Shown here: positions 57,342-64,000 of the stretch, one piece after another | Layout of the letters: each line of letters opens with the position of its first letter | How positions within the stretch are numbered: position 1 is the first letter of the stretch | DNA from: an uncultured Granulosicoccaceae bacterium | Lineage (GTDB): Bacteria; Pseudomonadota; Gammaproteobacteria; Granulosicoccales; Granulosicoccaceae | Length of the DNA stretch: 64,000 nucleotides | Reading direction: 5' to 3' | NCBI GenBank assembly: GCA_964574535.1 | Contig: CAZNOB010000002.1 | Span: forward strand, 28,109-92,108 | Made by a program: the position numbers and the translations under genes | Notes under the pieces: generated by a model | The model's input: the letters and a program-made list of their open reading frames with translations, nothing else | What the model was told of the DNA's origin: nothing | Database searches by the model: none

Positions 57342-58055
57342 ATGAGAGACGCAGCAAGCTCCTCCCAATGGAGCGAAATGGAATTCCTGCCTGCTCGGCA
57401 AACGACTGAAGCGGCGCCTGATATTTCATCTTTATTCCCTGACGGCGTACTAACGCTGGTGGAGCATCGTGATAACTGGTCAAAGGCATTGGCTCCAGCG
57501 GAACGTGCACAGCTGGGTGATGTGTGCGAAAAACGCAAGGCGGAATACTCCGCCGGCCGAAACCAGTCCAGACGGCTAATTGCTGCACTTACCGGAACAG
57601 TAGAACCGCTGCTCGCTGGCAACTATCGCCAACCCCTTTGGCCGGCGGGAATTACCGGCAGTATTAGCCATAGCGATGATTTTTGTGCGGTTGCAGTAGC
57701 TCGTGATACTACCATCCAGGATCTCGGTATTGATGTCGAAACCTTTGAAAGCCTGGATCCCGCGGTCGAAGAATTAGTACTGACGCCTGCTGAATACGGC
57801 ATCACCAGAGACCTGCCTGGCTGGGCTAGCAAGTTAATTTTTTCAATCAAAGAAAGTAATTACAAGTGTTGCTATCACCGAGTGCGGGCCTTTATTGATT
57901 TCAAGCAATGCGAAGTTGCGCTGGATATCAATACCCAAACCTACACCTCACGTATTAAATGCAATGATGCTGACGGCGAACCATTATTCTTGCTGGTAAG
58001 AGGGGGTTGGTTGATCGAATCCGGTCACATCTTTACTTCAGCCGTGATGGTTTGA
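57342..58055 (+). CDS. 4'-phosphopantetheinyl transferase (EntD/Sfp type)
   Basis: 237 aa. Contains KRKAEYSAGR, PLWPAGITGSISHSDDFCAVAVA, GIDVE and FSIKESNYKC, the three PPTase group II motifs. Confidence 0.8.
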   Translation: MRDAASSSQWSEMEFLPARQTTEAAPDISSLFPDGVLTLVEHRDNWSKALAPAERAQLGDVCEKRKAEYSAGRNQSRRLIAALTGTVEPLLAGNYRQPLWPAGITGSISHSDDFCAVAVARDTTIQDLGIDVETFESLDPAVEELVLTPAEYGITRDLPGWASKLIFSIKESNYKCCYHRVRAFIDFKQCEVALDINTQTYTSRIKCNDADGEPLFLLVRGGWLIESGHIFTSAVMV

Positions 58056-58204
58056 TCAATCCCGGTGATTGGTACCACCTGCTTTTGCCTTGTTTTAAAT
58101 CAAGACTATACAACGCTAAATTGCCACCCAATCGTGCAACCACACAATATAACAGCGCATTCATAAAGTTCGCGTAAAGCGCGCCGCACACTATTTATGT
58201 CGCG

Positions 58205-60385
58205 GTGTTTTCCTGTGTGTTGATATCGGCGTCGCTTAACCTAAGCCCAAACGCGTGTCGTGTAACGTTGTCTATCTATACGGGGTCTACAGCCACAGCC
58301 TGTTCTGCAGATATTCGCAATCTGCTGCGGGCTTATAATCTTCTGGTTGCTACCAGAGATGATGAGCGCGCGCTTATCGGTGTAGTTTCGCGCGAGTGGC
58401 TGAAAAGTGAAAGTGAGAGCTGGGTAAACCTTGCGGATGTGCCAGAGCCTGTTTTTAGTACTGTTCGCGGGCGCCAGATACTTTGTGATGCGCTGCTGCC
58501 GGATTTCGATGCGAATACGGAATCTATCGATGTCAATCCCCTGATAGCGCAAATAAAGAACAGTCGCAAGGTCATCAACACTAATAGCTTTGCCAAGCTC
58601 GAACCGTCAATCGCTGCTGAGTTATTGCGTGCCGTGATTTTGCTGGGTGTGCAAAAATACGGCAATCGTCGGCGTGGATCAGATAGGATAGATAATGACC
58701 TGATCATCGCAGCAATGATCAAAAAAACCATTGGTCGTAAAGATCGATACTCTGCGGTCTTGCCCGGCAAATGTAGAACGGTTGATCATCCAGCAATCGA
58801 AAGTCTGTTTGGTCTTAATGTTGTAAAGCATCTGGCACCGTTGTCAGAGGCAGAGAAAAAGTTCGACGCTGCGTTTGCCGAAAAAAATTGCCAGCAATTA
58901 AAACTATTGCGTCCCTATGCCAACGTAATCGCTGCTGGCCAGGCGTCGCAATTGCGATTGATTGCGCGTGCTGCCGGTGATGAAGTACTTGCCAACCTCG
59001 ATCCACTTAAGCAACAGGAAATGACAAGTGCAGGTTTTGATTGCTCTGGTGATTTCCCGGAGCGTCCCTGGCTTGATCTTGCTTATCGAAAAACAGTTGC
59101 TGCGCTCAGTTTGCCCGGTGTTGACTATGGTGCATTGGCCGAACCACTTGAGCAAACTTTGTTAACGGCAGTGGCTGACGTACTGGAAGATTCTGCCAAG
59201 CGTCGCAGGCTTGTGGGTCGCCGAGGTAAAGCAGTTCATGATGTGCACCATAACTTACCGTTGATTGAATCATTCAACGCCGCAGAGAATTATAATTCCC
59301 TGGCTACCATCCATATAGCAGCACTCGAGATGATGCAGTATCTTGAGAAGGGTCGTCGCAAATCGGCTGGCACTATGATCGGACATTGTTTAAGAATAGC
59401 TGCTGTTTGCGAGGCCATATTTGGTGATGCGCTTGAACCATCGGTGGCAACCATAGGTATTTTACATGACGTCGTTGAAGACGGGTCGCGGCCAATTGCT
59501 GGCTATGATCAATCCTTAAACAATATCAAGAACCGTTTTGGCGGACCATTGGCCGCGATGGTTTCTGAGCTGACTGACGCTGAATCCAGTGTTGCGGCGA
59601 TGGAAAAAGCCATGGCAACCCTGCGTTGCGAAACCCTGATTCTGCCGCAACAGCAATATAATTTTGATCGTTTCACGGAAATGCCTCTGCAAGCAACGGC
59701 AACTCACGAGCCGTATACACTGTGTGGAATTATCACCAAGTTGATTGATACCGCGATCAGTGAAGAAGAAGGTATTCATGCCCCTGATATGATGCCGGTA
59801 TGGTGGCGTCACAGCGGTATCAGAATTTACTGGTCGCTGCATATTCGCGGCAGGGTGGTAAGGCCACTGGTACAAAAGCTTGCACAGGAAATCGAAAGCC
59901 ACGAAAGAAATATCACAGAAGGATCGGCAGTTTTATCGCCACAACTGATCGAAGCCCTGCGTCGACTGGTGGCGTTTTCAATCCGGTCTTCTGATCGTTA
60001 TGCTGTACAAAATCTGGCGATCGTTGCCGATGAATATGACCTGGGAGAAACCTGGCGTGAAAAGTTGGTCGATTGCTTTTTTGATGCGCGGATTGATCAA
60101 CAGGTGTTTGCTGATGAGATTTTGCCTGACCTGTGTGATGATGCCCGCCTGCAAACCATGATCGATCGTGGTCTTGTACCCTCGCGGTGTTATGTCACGA
60201 TGTACAGTAAAGAAGCTGGCGAGGGTGCAAAACTCGACCCCGATACCTTCCTTAAATATCGTGAGGCCGCATTGCAGCGACAGGAAATCTCACGTCGGCT
60301 AAATCTTTCCAGCCTGCCTGATGACGGCAGCACGCCCGCGCTACATGATATTATTTCTCTTTACGATTTTCGCAAAGCTGCGTGA
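58205..60385 (+). CDS. large HD-domain protein (RelA/SpoT-type hydrolase motif), function unknown
   Basis: 726-aa ORF with a GTG start and an uncertain N-terminus. The central region reads GHCLRIAAVCEAIFGDALEPSVATIGILHDVVEDGS...IKNRFGGPLAAMVSELTD...ITKLIDTA. This resembles the HD(p)ppGpp-hydrolase signature H...HDVVED...FG...V..vT...KL.D. The flanking ~370-aa N-terminal and ~230-aa C-terminal regions are unassigned. Confidence 0.6.
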   Translation: MFSCVLISASLNLSPNACRVTLSIYTGSTATACSADIRNLLRAYNLLVATRDDERALIGVVSREWLKSESESWVNLADVPEPVFSTVRGRQILCDALLPDFDANTESIDVNPLIAQIKNSRKVINTNSFAKLEPSIAAELLRAVILLGVQKYGNRRRGSDRIDNDLIIAAMIKKTIGRKDRYSAVLPGKCRTVDHPAIESLFGLNVVKHLAPLSEAEKKFDAAFAEKNCQQLKLLRPYANVIAAGQASQLRLIARAAGDEVLANLDPLKQQEMTSAGFDCSGDFPERPWLDLAYRKTVAALSLPGVDYGALAEPLEQTLLTAVADVLEDSAKRRRLVGRRGKAVHDVHHNLPLIESFNAAENYNSLATIHIAALEMMQYLEKGRRKSAGTMIGHCLRIAAVCEAIFGDALEPSVATIGILHDVVEDGSRPIAGYDQSLNNIKNRFGGPLAAMVSELTDAESSVAAMEKAMATLRCETLILPQQQYNFDRFTEMPLQATATHEPYTLCGIITKLIDTAISEEEGIHAPDMMPVWWRHSGIRIYWSLHIRGRVVRPLVQKLAQEIESHERNITEGSAVLSPQLIEALRRLVAFSIRSSDRYAVQNLAIVADEYDLGETWREKLVDCFFDARIDQQVFADEILPDLCDDARLQTMIDRGLVPSRCYVTMYSKEAGEGAKLDPDTFLKYREAALQRQEISRRLNLSSLPDDGSTPALHDIISLYDFRKAA

Positions 60386-60612
60386 GCGAGCCTGCGACAA
60401 GCCAATTTGTCGCCAGTTAAAGATTAATATCGATCTCTGAAAATTTGCTGGCGACTTCTTTTTCAGAAGTCATCATTGAGTTCTGAAGCAGGCTTAGTTT
60501 CGTACACAGAGCGACTATTGCGGTATCATATCGCGGCCCTGTGTAGATGTTCCTATCCACAGCGGCTCACATCTTGATTATATCCGGCAAATAACTCCAG
60601 AATCGGCGCGCT

Positions 60613-63216
60613 ATGCAAGAAGTCTACGACAATCAGGCGGTAGAGAAATCTGCTCAAAGTTTCTGGGACGATAATAAGTCCTTTGAAGTGACAGAAGATC
60701 CGTCGCGCGAAAAATACTACTGCCTGGCGATGTTTCCCTATCCCAGTGGCAAGTTGCATATGGGGCATGTTCGCAACTACAGCATTGGCGATGTTATTTC
60801 ACGCTTCCAGCGCATGCTCGGGAAAAACGTACTGCAACCCATGGGGTGGGATGCGTTTGGGTTGCCTGCAGAAAACGCAGCTATTAAAAACAAGGTGCCT
60901 GCAGCCGCATGGACTTACGAAAATATCTCCTATATGAAGGATCAGCTGCAAAGTCTGGGTTTTGCCTACGACTGGTCGCGGGAGTTGGCTACCTGCAGCC
61001 CGGAATATTATCGATGGGAGCAATGGTTTTTCACCAGGCTTATTGAAAAAGGGCTTGCCTATAAAAAAATGGCAGTGGTTAACTGGGATCCCGAAGAGCA
61101 AACTGTATTAGCCAATGAACAAGTAGTCGACGGGCGTGGCTGGCGTTCCGGCGCATTGGTGGAAAGGCGTGAGATCCCGCAGTGGTTTATCCGTATCACA
61201 GACTATGCAGAAGAGCTGTTAAACGATATCGATAAGCTGGATGGCTGGCCGGATTCTGTACGTACCATGCAGCGAAACTGGATTGGTCGTTCGGAGGGGC
61301 TGGAATTTGAATTTATCGTAGACAACACTGACAGTGAAAAACTGGCAGTCTACACCACACGCCCTGACACAATATTCGGTGTCACTTATGCTGCTGTAGC
61401 GGCAGAGCATCCTCTGGCGAAGCAGGCTGCGCAGGATAATCCGGAACTGGCGGCGTTTCTTGAGGAGTGTAAAGTTACCGACACCTCTGAAGCCAATATG
61501 GAAACTATGGAGAAAAAGGGATTACCTCTGGGTATAAGCCTGATTCATCCGCTGTCTGGTGAAAAGGTACCGGTCTGGGTGGCTAATTTTGTATTGATGG
61601 GTTACGGCACAGGTGCGGTGATGGCAGTGCCTGCACATGATCAGCGCGACTGGGAATTTGCTGAAAAATACGATATTCCAAAGCGGGTTGTCATCTGCGA
61701 CAAAGACGGTGCGCCGGCAGACGTTACTGAAGGTGCTGTGACGGCTCGAGGTGCTTTGTGTCATTCTGATCAATTCGATGGCTTGGACTTTAATGCGGCG
61801 TTTGACGCTATTTGCAATCAAATGGAAAAAACCGGAGCCGGTACACGTAAAGTCAATTACCGGATACGTGACTGGGGTGTCTCGAGGCAGCGTTACTGGG
61901 GTTGTCCCATCCCGGTAGTCTATGACGACGATGGCAATATGCAGCCCGTTGCAGAAGCAGATTTACCTGTGATTTTGCCCGAAAATGTTGAATTTTCCGG
62001 TGTTAACTCACCGATTAAAAGTGATCCGTCTTTCTACGAAACCACGATGCCCGGGTCGGATCAGAAAGCCACACGTGAAACAGACACCTTCGATACCTTT
62101 TTTGAATCGTCGTGGTATTACGCACGTTACTGTTGTGCTGATGCTGACTCCATGCTCGATGAACGTGCTAACTACTGGCTTCCGGTTGATCACTATATCG
62201 GCGGTATTGAGCACGCCGTATTGCACCTGCTCTATGCGCGTTTTTTCCACAAGTTAATGCGCGATACCGGCCTGGTGAGTTCTGATGAGCCTTTTACTCG
62301 TCTATTGACCCAGGGAATGGTGGTTGCAGAAACTTACTTCACTGAAGATGATCGTGGGCGCAAGGAATACGTCACGCCGGCAGAAGTCACTGTTGAAAAA
62401 AACGAAAAAGGTAAAGTGGTTGCCGCCTCTCGAATGACAGATGGCAGCAAAGTTGAAGTCGGTGGTATGGAAAAAATGTCGAAGTCGAAAGGCAACGGTG
62501 TTGATCCGCAGGAAATGATTGAACGCTACGGTGCGGATACCGTGCGTTTTTTCTCAATGTTTGCGTCGCCACCTGATCAGTCACTCGAATGGAATGACGC
62601 CGGGGTTGAAGGCGCGAATCGTTTTATCAAACGGCTTTGGAAAACCACTCATGAATTTATCGCCGCCGGCGTTGTCGAAAATTCTACGCAACAAGACGGC
62701 TGGTCTGATTCTCTCGATGAGGAACAGCGTGCGCTGCGCCGTAAAACACATGAGACCATTAAAAAAGTCACTGATGATATGCAACGGCGCTATACCTTCA
62801 ATACAGCGCTTGCAGCGATTATGGAATTGTTGAACGAGGTCAATCGTTACAAGGGTGCGTCTGCGGATGATCGGCTAATACTTCAAGAGGCGATCGAGTC
62901 AGCGGTACTAATGTTATCGCCGGTGATTCCGCATGTGTGCCACCATCTGTGGCTGGCAATGGGTCATGAGCACGCGGTGGTGCAGGCGGCGTGGCCGGTG
63001 TGTGATGAAAATGCATTGCAACGCAGCGAGCTTGAACTGGTGGTGCAGGTTAATGGTAAGCTGCGCAGTCGTATCACAGTTGCCAGCGGTACTTCCAAAG
63101 AAGACTGCGAGACGGCGGCGCTTGCCGATGAGCATGTGCAGCGCCACACCGATGGTAAAACCATTCGCAAGGTAATAATTGTGCCTGAAAAACTCGTGAA
63201 TATTGTCGCGTCATGA
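60613..63216 (+). CDS. leuS: leucine-tRNA ligase
   Basis: 867 aa with class I signatures [11 protein letters not shown] and KMSKSKGN, and a CP1 editing-domain insert. Confidence 0.97.
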   Translation: MQEVYDNQAVEKSAQSFWDDNKSFEVTEDPSREKYYCLAMFPYPSGKLHMGHVRNYSIGDVISRFQRMLGKNVLQPMGWDAFGLPAENAAIKNKVPAAAWTYENISYMKDQLQSLGFAYDWSRELATCSPEYYRWEQWFFTRLIEKGLAYKKMAVVNWDPEEQTVLANEQVVDGRGWRSGALVERREIPQWFIRITDYAEELLNDIDKLDGWPDSVRTMQRNWIGRSEGLEFEFIVDNTDSEKLAVYTTRPDTIFGVTYAAVAAEHPLAKQAAQDNPELAAFLEECKVTDTSEANMETMEKKGLPLGISLIHPLSGEKVPVWVANFVLMGYGTGAVMAVPAHDQRDWEFAEKYDIPKRVVICDKDGAPADVTEGAVTARGALCHSDQFDGLDFNAAFDAICNQMEKTGAGTRKVNYRIRDWGVSRQRYWGCPIPVVYDDDGNMQPVAEADLPVILPENVEFSGVNSPIKSDPSFYETTMPGSDQKATRETDTFDTFFESSWYYARYCCADADSMLDERANYWLPVDHYIGGIEHAVLHLLYARFFHKLMRDTGLVSSDEPFTRLLTQGMVVAETYFTEDDRGRKEYVTPAEVTVEKNEKGKVVAASRMTDGSKVEVGGMEKMSKSKGNGVDPQEMIERYGADTVRFFSMFASPPDQSLEWNDAGVEGANRFIKRLWKTTHEFIAAGVVENSTQQDGWSDSLDEEQRALRRKTHETIKKVTDDMQRRYTFNTALAAIMELLNEVNRYKGASADDRLILQEAIESAVLMLSPVIPHVCHHLWLAMGHEHAVVQAAWPVCDENALQRSELELVVQVNGKLRSRITVASGTSKEDCETAALADEHVQRHTDGKTIRKVIIVPEKLVNIVAS

Positions 63217-63746
63217 TCAATTTCCGTCGCCGGATAGTTTTACTGGTGCTTGCGAGCCTGTTGCTTGGCGGCTGCGGTTTTCATCTGCGCGGTAGTCAAC
63301 AGTTTGGCAGCCAGCTGGTTGGCCGGCTATATCTTGAAGAGATTGGCTCCGTCAGTGTGTTGCAGCCACTGCGCAATGCCTTGAAGGCGCAGCAAGTGCA
63401 GTTTGCGCTTACACGGGAACTGGCTGAGACCATCGTGATTCTCAGCGATGAGGTTTTGTCGCGGCGGGTCGCCTCGGTCAGCGCTTCGGGCAGAGTCAGC
63501 GAATATGAATTGCTGCATTCTGTTGGACTACAGACGATAAGGCCTGAAGGAGGCGTCAATGCAGGACAGCTGGTGCTGGATGCTGGCAATCTGCCAAAGG
63601 TGCAATCCGTTTCAGTCGCGCGCGATTATACCTACGATGAAACCGATGTATTGGCCAAGGACGACGAAGAACGTATTTTACGTTCCGAGATGCAGGAAGA
63701 GCTGGTCAGGCACCTGGTGCTGGTGGTTTTCTCGGGCCTTAGGTAA
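63213..63746 (+). CDS. lptE: LPS-assembly lipoprotein LptE
   Basis: 177 aa. The start overlaps the leuS stop (ATGA). The lipobox is [12 protein letters not shown]. The leuS-lptE synteny is conserved. Confidence 0.85.
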   Translation: MINFRRRIVLLVLASLLLGGCGFHLRGSQQFGSQLVGRLYLEEIGSVSVLQPLRNALKAQQVQFALTRELAETIVILSDEVLSRRVASVSASGRVSEYELLHSVGLQTIRPEGGVNAGQLVLDAGNLPKVQSVSVARDYTYDETDVLAKDDEERILRSEMQEELVRHLVLVVFSGLR

Positions 63747-63916
63747 CACAACAACTCGCCAGGACAGGCCTGTTAATCTTGCGCTGATCGGTGCTCTGAA
63801 AAAAAACCTAGGAAAAAACAGTTGTCAGGTACGGTCCTTGGATAGTTCCTCTGTCGCTTTTTCTATGCAAATTGTTGATCAAATTGCGGGCGATCCCTGA
63901 AACCGGTTAAACGGCA

Positions 63917-64000
63917 TTATCGTGGCAAACATGTGGCTGCGCGAAAGGTTCCATGAGTAACGTTGGCAATAAAAAACTGACAATAATCTGCGAAATTCTG
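63917..64000 (-). CDS. 3' end of an unidentified gene entering from the right edge
   Basis: An open minus-strand frame from the window edge reads ...QNFADYCQFFIANVTHGTFRAATCLPR* (stop at 63917-63919). It is too short to classify. Confidence 0.2.
   Translation of the reverse strand, partial: QNFADYCQFFIANVTHGTFRAATCLPR

Noticed and set aside
63559-63900. 113-aa plus-strand ORF overlapping the 3' end of lptE, considered as a possible holA start
   Set aside because: It is out of frame with and largely inside lptE, and its sequence is unlike the DNA polymerase III delta subunit.
1-64000. Search by eye for CRISPR arrays, tRNA or rRNA genes, integrases, transposases, toxin-antitoxin pairs and known defence-system signatures
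   Set aside because: I found no spaced direct-repeat arrays, no cloverleaf-like sequences in the intergenic gaps, and no ORFs with recombinase, nuclease or defence motifs. The absence is by inspection only and should be confirmed with tRNAscan-SE, CRISPR finders and DefenseFinder/PADLOC.

Overview
This 64-kb window looks like gammaproteobacterial chromosome, probably a marine Pseudomonadales, Cellvibrionales or Oceanospirillales-type organism. That guess rests on gene order only. About three quarters is conserved housekeeping sequence in familiar syntenic blocks. These are tsaC-topA-dprA-LysM divergent from def-fmt-rsmB; a DUF4390/NtrY-like/NtrX-like module followed by trkA-trkH; ilvE; tolC plus a pcm-like gene; rhlB-trxA-rho; purD; uppP; zapA and 6S RNA divergent from ygfB-pepP-ubiH; and leuS-lptE. 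I saw no rRNA, tRNA, CRISPR array or intact IS element or transposase. The clear accessory segment is about 31.9-46.9 kb. It is an island of two divergent operons plus one convergent gene. It encodes three sulfotransferases with three different motif types, three to four SAM-methyltransferase domains, a GSCFA protein coupled to a second SGNH-like protein, GalE, one intact GT4 glycosyltransferase and one degenerate GT4 paralogue. Both GT4 proteins carry an unusual tandem repeat of about 35-40 aa. The window contains no polymerase, flippase, exporter, initiating transferase or PAPS-synthesis gene. The island is flanked on the left by an orphan oxidoreductase-SelD fusion and on the right by a 178-bp MITE-like inverted-repeat element. 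Secondary points of interest are a 726-aa protein with a SpoT/Mesh1-type HD motif next to a stand-alone EntD-type PPTase, an NtrX-like regulator with degenerate AAA+ motifs, a well-supported 6S RNA with a repeat-bearing promoter, and several unexplained intergenic regions. All family calls come from motifs read by eye and from synteny. No database search was run.
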